Source: an uncultured Candidatus Saccharibacteria bacterium
GTDB lineage: Bacteria; Patescibacteriota; WWE3; 2-01-FULL-39-13
Direction: 5' to 3'
NCBI GenBank assembly: GCA_964370865.1
Contig: CAYJKF010000002.1
Coordinates: 84,719-148,718 of the forward strand
Length of the DNA: 64,000 nucleotides
Of this stretch, positions 29,845-38,656 are shown in pieces. Below the pieces are notes generated by a model. It saw only the letters and a program-made list of their open reading frames with translations. It made no database searches and was not told the origin of the DNA. Positions within the stretch are counted from its first letter, which is position 1. Every line of letters begins with the position of its first letter. The translations under genes were made by a program, and so were the position numbers.

Positions 29845-30168
29845 GATATGTTGATGAGACGTGGGTAAGTTTTATTAATCGACTTTAATTTGTATTCATA
29901 ATATAGTATGAAAGGGTTGTCTGTAAAGGATGAATACAGGCTATCAAATAACTGCGTCAAAGTGATAATTCATGGGGAACCTTAACGTTTTTCCCTTTCT
30001 GTCGACCAATTCTAACTAGTTGAAAGGTCTTAATACTAATTTTCTAAACTTGACATTTGATTTCTATAAAATGAATGGGAGGCTATAGGTTCTATTTCGT
30101 ATTGAGCAATTATTGCCGATAAGTTGGGCAAAGATATTCGAAGTCTGATAGTAATAGTTATAGGTTCT

Positions 30169-30879
30169 TTACTGAATCTTTTCAAATGTAACGAAGACTT
30201 TCTTCTCCGTTTCATTACCTGCCTTATCAATTGCTTTGATGTTGATTTCATTACCGCCATCATCTAGAGAGACTTGAGCAGTAAATTCACCTTCTGAATT
30301 TAATATCGCTGATTGATCTTCAACCAATACATTTATACCTGGTTCAGTTTTTCCTGTAACAGCGTAAGTACGTTCGGTCGCTTTATAAGTTTCGCCAGAT
30401 TTTGGAGTTACTATTTCAAATTCAGGTGCTGTGATATCGCGGACTATGCTATAGGATTTAGAGTCATTGCTCTTATTTCCACTATTATCTTCGGCAATAA
30501 CCTTAATATTTGATATAGCATACCCTATTGGGATGTCTGAGAAACTGAAGCCACCCTCATTATCTGTTATTGTTTCCGATTGTTTTGCATTATCAATATA
30601 CAGTATGATTTTGATACCTGGTTCCGATTTTCCATATATTGTAGTCTTATCATCTTTTGTAGCCTCTGGAATGGGTTCTAGATATGGTGAAACTGGTGCA
30701 ATATTGTCTTTTACTTCATATATGTCTTTGTTTCGGAATAAATCCCAAAACGAATTAACACTTGCTAGAAAGAACACCATCCAAAGATAGGTAAATATTA
30801 CAATTCCGAGGGAGCCTAAGTTTAAAAGTAATATTCTTTTAATTAGATATTTTTTTACGTTTTTCTTTTTATTTATCAT
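30169..30879 (-). CDS. Membrane-anchored surface protein with bacterial Ig-like repeats
   Basis: N-terminal TM helix, then two repeated modules (…GKSEPGIKI… and …GKTEPGINV…) with beta-sandwich-like composition. Start moved to MINKKK because the ORF-track start overlaps tRNA-Thr. Confidence 0.45.
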   Translation of the reverse strand: MINKKKNVKKYLIKRILLLNLGSLGIVIFTYLWMVFFLASVNSFWDLFRNKDIYEVKDNIAPVSPYLEPIPEATKDDKTTIYGKSEPGIKIILYIDNAKQSETITDNEGGFSFSDIPIGYAISNIKVIAEDNSGNKSNDSKSYSIVRDITAPEFEIVTPKSGETYKATERTYAVTGKTEPGINVLVEDQSAILNSEGEFTAQVSLDDGGNEINIKAIDKAGNETEKKVFVTFEKIQ

Positions 30880-30885
30880 AAATAA

Positions 30886-30961
30886 TGGAGCCACCCGGCG
30901 GAATTGAACCGTCAACCTACGGTTTACGATACCGTTGCTCTACCAATTGAGCTAGGGTGGC
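30886..30961 (-). tRNA. tRNA-Thr (anticodon CGT), CCA encoded
   Basis: Reverse complement folds as acceptor GCCACCC/GGGTGGC. D-arm GCTC-AATTGGT-AGAGC. Anticodon stem ACGGT/ACCGT with loop ATCGTAA. T-arm GACGG-TTCAATT-CCGCC. Discriminator U. Confidence 0.85.
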
Positions 30962-31033
30962 ATAACTAAAATAACCTTAACAAATTATATACTAATTGTG
31001 CTAACCTAATTATGTATATTATTTATTTAATCC

Positions 31034-31768
31034 ATGCCCAAAAAACTAGTCAAACAAGAACAACTAACACAAGCAAATTTAAAGAGTTTACAGGAAACTT
31101 TTATAGCGATTACCTCACATAAATTTCTTTCACCTATTACTGTTATTAAGTGGAATCTTGAACTATTAATGGAATCAAGCAGTGCATTATCTGAGAAGGA
31201 CAAAGAAAAACTTTTAGATATCAAAAATAATGTGCAGCGTTTAGATGATATTACTAAATTATTGCTTCGTATTTATGAAGTTGCAACTAGTCCAAGTGTT
31301 GGATCATTTAAAAATTATTCTCCAGGACTAATAGTAGATCAGATTTTGCAGGAGTATTCACTTCTAATAAAACAAAACCGACTTACCATCATCAATAATG
31401 TTAAAAACGAAGATTCGTACCACTTGCCAGGCTCTGAATACTTTATGAGAGAAATTTTAAGATCTGTTATAGATAATGCAGTTAACTACAACGTGAAAGA
31501 AGGCAAAATACAAATCGACCTAACCTCAAGTGCTAAGGCTGTCAAAATTTCTCTCCAGGATACTGGAATTGGAATTCCTGAAAAAGATCAAAATCTAATT
31601 TTTAATCCGTTTTATCGTGCTTCAAATGTCATGAAAATGTCATTCAATGGAAATGGTTTGGGGTTATATATGTCGAAAATGGGTTTAAATTTAGTTGGCG
31701 GGGATATTCGTTTTTCCTCCAACCCTGGTGTTGGGTCGAAATTCGAGTTGGTTTTTCCAATATTATAG
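31034..31768 (+). CDS. Sensor histidine kinase, soluble: HisKA + HATPase_c only, with no TM or sensor domain
   Basis: H-box ITSHKFLSPIT. N, G1 and G2 boxes (DNAVNYN, QDTGIGIP, GNGLGLYM). Confidence 0.8.
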   Translation: MPKKLVKQEQLTQANLKSLQETFIAITSHKFLSPITVIKWNLELLMESSSALSEKDKEKLLDIKNNVQRLDDITKLLLRIYEVATSPSVGSFKNYSPGLIVDQILQEYSLLIKQNRLTIINNVKNEDSYHLPGSEYFMREILRSVIDNAVNYNVKEGKIQIDLTSSAKAVKISLQDTGIGIPEKDQNLIFNPFYRASNVMKMSFNGNGLGLYMSKMGLNLVGGDIRFSSNPGVGSKFELVFPIL

Positions 31769-31781
31769 TTCTCAACAACAT

Positions 31782-32180
31782 ATGGGTGAATTACGCAAAG
31801 TAAAAAGAATCTTAATAGTGGATGATAATGAGTTCTTCGCTAAAGTTATTAAAAGTGAATTACTAAATCATGGTTATGAAGTCGATATCGTATATAACGG
31901 TGAACAAGCAATAGATTTTTTAAAACATACTAAAGTAGATTTAATCTTGCTGGATATAATTATGCCAATCAAGGATGGTTTCGAGACTATGGAAGAAATA
32001 AAGAAAAATGAACTCACAAAAGATATTAGTGTAGTTTTCTTTTCAAATTTAGGGCAGGCTGAAGATATTCAGAAAGCAATGGATCTTGGGGCACAATCAT
32101 ATATTGTAAAAAAAGATTTTTCTCTGAAAGAGGTGATGAATAATATAGAAATGCATATCAGAAAATCCGATAGCTTGTAA
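31782..32180 (+). CDS. Response regulator, stand-alone receiver domain (CheY-like)
   Basis: ILIVDDNEFF...DLILLDIIMP...K conserved Asp/Lys positions. No output domain. The ORF-track start (31695) overlaps the kinase, so MGELRK was used. Confidence 0.8.
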   Translation: MGELRKVKRILIVDDNEFFAKVIKSELLNHGYEVDIVYNGEQAIDFLKHTKVDLILLDIIMPIKDGFETMEEIKKNELTKDISVVFFSNLGQAEDIQKAMDLGAQSYIVKKDFSLKEVMNNIEMHIRKSDSL

Positions 32181-32246
32181 ACTATTTTTTGGTAATGTAT
32201 ATTTTAAGTGTAAATATAGTTTATTTTTATTTTTGAAAGGAACTTA

Positions 32247-32720
32247 ATGTTTACTCCTGATAATAGAAAGAAAAAAGGATTCACGTTAATTGAGTTATTA
32301 GTTGTCATTGCTATTATTGCTACCTTGGCAGTTGTTGCTTTTGTAGCCTTAGATCCTGTAAGAAGAATTCGAGATGCTCAAAATGCTACTCGAAGGACTG
32401 ATGTGGAAAATATCTCACAGGCTATTGCTTTACAAACAATAGATGATGCTGGAGTTTTACCAGTAGGACTTGTGGCTGATGGTTTGACATACCAGATAGG
32501 AACCTGCGCAGCGGGTGCAGATACACTTTGTCCAGGTGCACAAGCCGCTTGTGTAGACTTGTCAACAGTATTAGCCCAGAAGCTTAACCCAATCCCAACA
32601 GATCCGGATTCAGGTACGGCAGCTACAACAGGATATTCGGTATCGGTTGATGCTAACAATATCGTAACTGTAACCTCATGTGGTGCAGAAGGTGTAGATC
32701 CAATCTATACATCTAAGTAA
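32247..32720 (+). CDS. pilA: Type IV pilin (major pilin candidate) with class III signal peptide
   Basis: Prepilin leader/cleavage site KKKGFTLIELLVVIAIIATLAVVAF. Four Cys in the C-terminal region. Followed by a strong intrinsic terminator. Confidence 0.85.
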   Translation: MFTPDNRKKKGFTLIELLVVIAIIATLAVVAFVALDPVRRIRDAQNATRRTDVENISQAIALQTIDDAGVLPVGLVADGLTYQIGTCAAGADTLCPGAQAACVDLSTVLAQKLNPIPTDPDSGTAATTGYSVSVDANNIVTVTSCGAEGVDPIYTSK

Positions 32721-32738
32721 GTACAAGTTTAGATACAT

Positions 32739-32774
32739 GGCGCTTTCCCGCAAATGCGGGAAAGCGCTTTTTTG
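32739..32774 (+). terminator. Rho-independent terminator downstream of the pilin gene
   Basis: GGCGCTTTCCCGC-AAAT-GCGGGAAAGCGC, a perfect 13-bp GC-rich stem, followed by TTTTTTG. Confidence 0.85.
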
Positions 32775-32828
32775 TTCTTCTTTTTGTTGTTAAACGACTC
32801 CATTTCATATAAGATTTAGTTACTGCCC

Positions 32829-34520
32829 ATGCAAATTACTGATGAAATTCTAAAAACGATTTTGTTGGATACCCAATTGATATCCGATAAACAATTTGAA
32901 TTAGCTATTAAGAGTGCTAAGGCTCAAGGCACGACTCTTTACCATTATTTTGTTGATTCCAACACAATAAAAGATACTGATTTAGGTCAGTTAATCGCAA
33001 ATCACTTCAAACTTCCATACATTGATTTAAGCCGAGTGGCAATTCCAGATAACGTGTTGAGAATAATTCCCGAAGATACGGCGCGAAAGAGAAAATTTAT
33101 AAGCTTTTTAGACGAAAAGGATATTTTACATGTTGCAACTCCGAGTCCGGAGGATGTAGAGATGATAAGTTTTCTTGAAAAAAAAATAAATAAAAAAATT
33201 CTAGTACATTACACAACTGATAGAAATATTAAAGATACTCTAAATAGCTATGCAAAGAATGTAACTTTGGCTTTCGAAGATATCCTTGCTGAAAATATAA
33301 AACAAATAAAAAATTCTTTTACCGGAACATCCGAGCCACCAATTATTAAAATCGTAGATACTATTATTGAATATGCGTTCAAAAATAAAGCTTCGGATGT
33401 ACATCTTGAGCCCGTAGATACGTATTCATTACTTAGATTTAGAGTTGATGGTTTGTTAAAGGATATTGTTAAATTGCCAAAAGAGTTACATGATCGCTTA
33501 GTCACAAGAATAAAAGTTATGAGTGACTTAAGAACTGACGTTAGGCAGGCTCCACAAGATGGAAAAATCCACATTAAATTAAGTGAGGAGACCTTAAATC
33601 TTAGGGTTTCAATTGTTCCTGTTCTTGGTGGTGAAAAAGTTGTACTTAGAGTCCTAGCGGAAAAAAATAAAGGACTTGGTTTGGTTGAATTAGGTTTTAG
33701 AGATGAATCGTTAAAGAGAATCGAAGAATCATATAGAAAACCCTACGGAATGATTTTAACCACAGGTCCGACTGGTTCTGGAAAAACAACAACCCTATAT
33801 GCAATTCTGAAAGAAATCAATACTCGTGAAATTAATATTATGACAATCGAAAATCCTGTTGAGTATGAAATTGAAGGGATAAGCCAAATTCAAGTAAACC
33901 CAAAAGCAGGATTAACCTTTGCTACTGGACTTAGATCAATTGTTAGACAAGATCCAGATGTAGTACTAGTTGGAGAAATAAGAGATGAGGAAACCGCCAA
34001 AATTGCTATAAATGCCGCTATGACCGGGCATCTCGTTCTATCGACTTTACATACAAATGATGCCGCAACAACCATTCCTAGACTATTTGATATGGGAATT
34101 GAGCCTTTTCTTGTTGCTTCCTCTACGAATGTAATAGTTGGGCAAAGACTTGTGAGAAAAATTTGTGAACAATGTAGAGTTACTGAAGTTCATGATAGAA
34201 AAAATTGGGAAGAATCCACTCAATTATTTCCAAAAGAAATGATTAAGAAAGTCTTTGGAGATAAAAATGAAATACATACGTACGTGGGAAAGGGTTGTGA
34301 TATTTGTAACCATTCTGGCTATAAGGGTAGAGTCGGAATCTATGAAGTCATGTACGTAAGTGAGGAAATTAGGAGGGCAATAGTAAGTAAAGAAAACGCA
34401 GCGACGATTGCTGAAATTGCAAAAAAAGAGGGAATGATAACGATGTTTGAAGACGGTCTTGAAAAGGTAAAAATGGGAACTACAACACTTGCAGAGGTAA
34501 TTCGTGGAACGAAAGAATAA
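32829..34520 (+). CDS. pilB: Type IV pilus assembly ATPase PilB (GspE family)
   Basis: N-terminal GSPII_E_N-like domain. Walker A LTTGPTGSGKTTT. Asp box and Walker B. His box. Tetracysteine motif CEQC...CDIC. 563 aa. Confidence 0.9.
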   Translation: MQITDEILKTILLDTQLISDKQFELAIKSAKAQGTTLYHYFVDSNTIKDTDLGQLIANHFKLPYIDLSRVAIPDNVLRIIPEDTARKRKFISFLDEKDILHVATPSPEDVEMISFLEKKINKKILVHYTTDRNIKDTLNSYAKNVTLAFEDILAENIKQIKNSFTGTSEPPIIKIVDTIIEYAFKNKASDVHLEPVDTYSLLRFRVDGLLKDIVKLPKELHDRLVTRIKVMSDLRTDVRQAPQDGKIHIKLSEETLNLRVSIVPVLGGEKVVLRVLAEKNKGLGLVELGFRDESLKRIEESYRKPYGMILTTGPTGSGKTTTLYAILKEINTREINIMTIENPVEYEIEGISQIQVNPKAGLTFATGLRSIVRQDPDVVLVGEIRDEETAKIAINAAMTGHLVLSTLHTNDAATTIPRLFDMGIEPFLVASSTNVIVGQRLVRKICEQCRVTEVHDRKNWEESTQLFPKEMIKKVFGDKNEIHTYVGKGCDICNHSGYKGRVGIYEVMYVSEEIRRAIVSKENAATIAEIAKKEGMITMFEDGLEKVKMGTTTLAEVIRGTKE

Positions 34521-34521
34521 A

Positions 34522-35574
34522 ATGATTTTGCTTAAACGGGTATCCTTTTTAGATAAGCTAATGTTTACAAAACATTTAGCGATAATGATTAAATCCGGTG
34601 TTCCAATATTTGAGGCTATAGAATCTTTGGCAGCTAATAGCGAGAGTGAGTATTTCAAATTTGTATTAAAAGATGTTTTAGTTGGTATTGAAAACGGTAA
34701 GTCCTTATGTGATGCGTTTAAAAAATATCCGAAAATATTCGATGATTTTTATACAAGCTTGATAAAAGTTAGCGAGGATTCTGGAACTTTAGAAGAGACT
34801 TTAGAATTTTTAAGCGAGCAGCTCGCCAAAGACTACGCACTACGAAAAAAAATCCAGGGAGCTATGTTTTACCCAGCGATAATTATGGTCACCGGAGTTG
34901 GAATAGCGGGTTTCATTTCTCTTTTTATCTTGCCCCAATTAGTAGGGTTTTTCACATCTCTTGATATAGAATTGCCTCTTCCAACAAAAATCTTATTATT
35001 CATCGCGAACATAATGAAGGACCACGGTGTTTTGATATTTGGCGGAGGCGCAATATTTTTTATCTTCTTAAGATGGTTCTTTAATACAAAATATTTTAAA
35101 CCGGTATGGCATAAAATATTATTACGCATTCCAATTTTTGGCAAATTACTAAAATATGGTCAGTTGGCTCGTTTTAGTCGCAATTTAGCTACTTTGGTAA
35201 AGAGTGGTGTTCCAATTGCGGAGGGATTAAGGACTGCTTCAAACACAATGTCCAATGTTGTTTATAGAAATTACTTACTAATAGTTAGGGAGGATTTGAT
35301 TAAAGGAAAAAGTATTAGTGTTTCACTTGAAGCAAGAAAATTTTCTGAAATTCCTGCAATGTTAACTAAAATGATTGGTGTTGGTGAAAAAACAGGTAAT
35401 CTCGAAGAAGTTCTATTGTATTTAAGCGAATTCTATGAAGAAGAAGTTGACGATATGGCGAAAAATTTAACCACTATGCTTGAGCCAATTCTATTGGTGG
35501 GAATTGGTGGGATGGTAGCATTCATAGCATTAGCAATTATTGGACCAATTTACAAAGTTACCAGTAGTTTTTAA
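34522..35574 (+). CDS. pilC: Type IV pilus platform protein PilC (GspF family)
   Basis: Two repeated GspF domains and three TM segments. Start ambiguous: 34504 or 34522. Confidence 0.85.
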   Translation: MILLKRVSFLDKLMFTKHLAIMIKSGVPIFEAIESLAANSESEYFKFVLKDVLVGIENGKSLCDAFKKYPKIFDDFYTSLIKVSEDSGTLEETLEFLSEQLAKDYALRKKIQGAMFYPAIIMVTGVGIAGFISLFILPQLVGFFTSLDIELPLPTKILLFIANIMKDHGVLIFGGGAIFFIFLRWFFNTKYFKPVWHKILLRIPIFGKLLKYGQLARFSRNLATLVKSGVPIAEGLRTASNTMSNVVYRNYLLIVREDLIKGKSISVSLEARKFSEIPAMLTKMIGVGEKTGNLEEVLLYLSEFYEEEVDDMAKNLTTMLEPILLVGIGGMVAFIALAIIGPIYKVTSSF

Positions 35575-36018
35575 ATGAAATCTATAACAAATAGAATATA
35601 TAAAGCATTTTCTTATAATGAACTGTTGCTAAGTGTCACGATTATAGCAATCCTCTCTGCTATGGCAGGACCTTATTTATTGAATTCCTTAACGTCAAAT
35701 CAAGTGGAACAGACATCTCGAATCATAATTTCGCTACTTAGATCATCTCAACAGTATTCAATTGATAGGATTGAAAATGCCAACTGGGGAGTTTGTATGG
35801 TTGATGGTGAGATTATGCAGTATAAAAACTCATGTACTTCAGAAAATATACAGAAAACTTATATACCAGAGCCAAATATATCAATTAACGGATTAAACAA
35901 TGTTTTCTTCGAAAGTTATACGGGTGAACTGTCTTCTACTATAAGTATTTCCATAACAGATGGAATCGAGAGTCGATTAATTGAAATTAATGAGATCGGA
36001 GGATATGAAATCAATTAA
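35575..36018 (+). CDS. Pseudopilin / minor pilin-like protein (degenerate prepilin N-terminus)
   Basis: N-terminus KAFSYNELLLSVTIIAILSAMA resembles a class III signal peptide and has Glu+5, but has Ala instead of Gly at the cleavage site. Confidence 0.5.
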   Translation: MKSITNRIYKAFSYNELLLSVTIIAILSAMAGPYLLNSLTSNQVEQTSRIIISLLRSSQQYSIDRIENANWGVCMVDGEIMQYKNSCTSENIQKTYIPEPNISINGLNNVFFESYTGELSSTISISITDGIESRLIEINEIGGYEIN

Positions 36019-37783
36019 GAAAGCTTTTTCACTTGTAGAGTTGTTAGTAGCTCTTGGCGTTTTCACAATTGTGATATCTAGCGGTGCTGGATTTATCACT
36101 TCCAGTTACAAACTTACGACTATGAGTGAACAAAACACTAAAGCCAGACAATTGGTAAATGAAGGGTTAGAGGTTACTAAATATTTGAAAAGGAAAAGTT
36201 GGGACAGTTTAGTTAACGGACAGTGGGGAATTAATTATAATAATCAGTCACTAGACTGGGAATACATTCCTAACCTAGACATTACAGATAGTAAATATTC
36301 GCGAGTAGTTACTATCTCAGATATTTATCGGGAAGAAGATGGAACAATCGTTACAAATAGCCCAACAAGCGCATTGGATTTATTTTCGAAAAAAGTTAGT
36401 GTAACTGTTACTTGGGATAATGCAAATAATAACGATCGTACAATAACTCAATCATTTCTAATTACGAATTGGGAAAGGGAAGTTCCTGGAGGTGGTTCTG
36501 GCATGTTGGTTTATGCAGATTATTCTGGTTCAGATGATATTATACGGTACAGATTTTTATATGAGGATGGTACTTGGTCGGCCCAGTATACTATTCCAGA
36601 CGCAGGAGTGCCCGCTAATCGAGATACTCGGCGTATTGAGCTCTATGCATCAGATACAAGGGATGAATATGTTCTTATGTCAAAACATACCGAGGATGGT
36701 CAATTTATATTTGCTCACGTTTGGGATGGTTCTCGTTGGATAGAACCAATACAGTTGGTTGGGTATGGTGATAACACTAATCCGAATACAAGAAATTTTA
36801 GTGGTACTTACTTAGAGGATGGAAGATTTTTAGCGGTCTTTGATGATTTTACATTCACACCAAAATATAGAATTTGGAATGGTACAAGTTGGGGTTCAGA
36901 AGGATCTATTGGGAACTTGGGTTTTCTAAGCTACCCAGTCTGGATGGAAGTGGAGGCTAGACCAGGTAGTAATAGGGCTATTTTTGTTGTAAGAGATTGG
37001 TTACAGAAAACAACAACTTATGTTTGGGATGGTTCAAGCTGGGGAAGCCGTGTTACTCATGGTAGTTCATCAACTGGTTCATCAATTGAAAACATTTCAC
37101 TCCAGTGGAATCGATTTTCTGGTTCAAGATTAGCGTTAATGTTTAATGAAGCCAACGATAATAATCCAAATATTAAAATATGGAATGACTCAACAAACAG
37201 CTGGAGTAGTAATGTGGAAAATGTAGCCTTACCAGGTTATGCACGTATTTTTGAAATTAGTGATAATCCACAGAGGGATCAGTTTGTAGGGTGTGCGAAA
37301 GATTCTGTTCGCGGAATTAGTTGCCTTACAACTACGTATACTCCATCTTGGACAAATGCAACACAAATTGCTACCCGTACTCACGGGAATGCTGAGAGAA
37401 GCTTTAGTGTAGGATACGAAAATAGTGGAGATGACGCTCTCGTAGTTTACAGTAACGGACCAACCGATGCGGATTTGAGAGAACCGAAATTTAGAACCTT
37501 TAATGCGAGTAGTTTGAGTTGGTCAGGTGAGCAAAAAATAGATGAACTAGGGCCGACTTCTTCATATGCTCTTACTACGACTAGGGTTTTGCCATCACAT
37601 AATTCCAATGACGTTATGGTAGTAATGGGGGATCAATCTAAAAGGATTCATACCATAGTTTGGGATGGTGATAATAATCAATTTTATGATTCAGTCGGGC
37701 TTCAACTTACTAAACAAGGTGATTTTGGGTCATATAATGAAGATTTTTGGTATGCATTTTCTTGGAGGGAATATGAAGAATAA
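36005..37783 (+). CDS. Large pilin-like protein (~592 aa) with a C-terminal predicted 7-bladed beta-propeller. Candidate pilus-tip adhesin.
   Basis: Prepilin-like N-terminus KKAFSLVELLVALGVFTIV. Seven spaced repeats of the form (aromatic)x(V/I)W(D/N)GxxW: YEDGTWS, VWDGSRW, IWNGTSWG, VWDGSSWG, IWNDSTNSW, SLSWSG, VWDGDNN. Each repeat is preceded by a short hydrophobic strand. Confidence 0.6.
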   Translation: MKSIKKAFSLVELLVALGVFTIVISSGAGFITSSYKLTTMSEQNTKARQLVNEGLEVTKYLKRKSWDSLVNGQWGINYNNQSLDWEYIPNLDITDSKYSRVVTISDIYREEDGTIVTNSPTSALDLFSKKVSVTVTWDNANNNDRTITQSFLITNWEREVPGGGSGMLVYADYSGSDDIIRYRFLYEDGTWSAQYTIPDAGVPANRDTRRIELYASDTRDEYVLMSKHTEDGQFIFAHVWDGSRWIEPIQLVGYGDNTNPNTRNFSGTYLEDGRFLAVFDDFTFTPKYRIWNGTSWGSEGSIGNLGFLSYPVWMEVEARPGSNRAIFVVRDWLQKTTTYVWDGSSWGSRVTHGSSSTGSSIENISLQWNRFSGSRLALMFNEANDNNPNIKIWNDSTNSWSSNVENVALPGYARIFEISDNPQRDQFVGCAKDSVRGISCLTTTYTPSWTNATQIATRTHGNAERSFSVGYENSGDDALVVYSNGPTDADLREPKFRTFNASSLSWSGEQKIDELGPTSSYALTTTRVLPSHNSNDVMVVMGDQSKRIHTIVWDGDNNQFYDSVGLQLTKQGDFGSYNEDFWYAFSWREYEE

Positions 37784-38279
37784 AAAAGGAATGACATTAG
37801 TTGAAGTAGTCCTTTATGTTGCCATTTTGGTCATGTTTATGACTGCCCTCATGTCGTATGTATTTATGATTATGAATGGTCGTGCAAAATCTAAGGTACA
37901 AGAAGAGGTTCAGGATAATTTAGAATTAGTAATTAACAAATTAGAGTATGAACTCAAGAATGCCTCAGCAGTGTCTTCCACTTCCAATTCACTGTCTATC
38001 ACGAGTAGTCAGCTAGCTAGAGGTAATTCAATTTATAGAGTCGAGGCAGAAGCTGTTTTATTTGGAGTTGGAGATTCTGGTTCATGCAGTGTAGCTAGTC
38101 CTTGTTTCCTAACTAGCAATTTAGTTCAAGTTACAAATTTTGAAGTGACTCAAACGACAAGTACTGATGCGAACTCTATTATTCATTTCGAGATTACAAT
38201 TCAATATAAAGATAATAATAATGAAAAGTTAAGATATAGCGAAACGCAAAGTGGGTCAGTTTACATTAGAACAACATGA
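37773..38279 (+). CDS. Pseudopilin / minor pilin
   Basis: MKNKKGMTLVEVVLYVAILVMFM class III signal peptide with Gly at -1 and Glu+5. Start moved from the ORF-track 37665 to this Met. Confidence 0.6.
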   Translation: MKNKKGMTLVEVVLYVAILVMFMTALMSYVFMIMNGRAKSKVQEEVQDNLELVINKLEYELKNASAVSSTSNSLSITSSQLARGNSIYRVEAEAVLFGVGDSGSCSVASPCFLTSNLVQVTNFEVTQTTSTDANSIIHFEITIQYKDNNNEKLRYSETQSGSVYIRTT

Positions 38280-38656
38280 ATAATACAAATTTAAATGGCT
38301 ATATTGCCTTAGTTTCTGTATTGATTCTTTCAGCAGTGATTATGTCAATTTTAGTAACAGTTTCAATTACCTCAGCTTATAGAATTAACGGAATTCTAAA
38401 TGAACAAGGCGTAAATAATATTAAATTAGTAGCGGAGTCTTGCGCAGATGATGTTCTGTTAAAATTAAATCACGATAATCTACTTCCGAGTACCGTGACA
38501 GTGGATGGTGTTACGTGCAACGTCGTTCAAAATAGTCAGTTAGGTACTTTATGGGATTTTGATATCAGTGTAAGTTTATCTCAAATGGTCCACACAATAA
38601 ATATTGTTGCTGACAGAACTGATAAAATATACATTATAAGTTGGAATAATAAATAA
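38276..38656 (+). CDS. Pseudopilin-like small membrane protein (PilX-like?)
   Basis: N-terminus NGYIALVSVLILSAVIMSIL is a hydrophobic pilin-like helix. Start overlaps the previous stop by 4 nt. Confidence 0.45.
   Translation: MNNTNLNGYIALVSVLILSAVIMSILVTVSITSAYRINGILNEQGVNNIKLVAESCADDVLLKLNHDNLLPSTVTVDGVTCNVVQNSQLGTLWDFDISVSLSQMVHTINIVADRTDKIYIISWNNK

Noticed and set aside
30880-30915. ORF-track start of the Ig-like protein gene at 30915
   Set aside because: This stretch overlaps tRNA-Thr on the same strand. The start was moved to the internal Met (MINKKK) at 30879.
32378-32659. 93-aa minus-strand ORF and locally elevated GC inside the pilin gene, considered as a sign of horizontally acquired DNA
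   Set aside because: The GC rise coincides with the Ala/Gly/Thr/Cys-rich C-terminal pilin domain (codon-driven) and the antisense ORF lies within pilA. The evidence is insufficient to call HGT.
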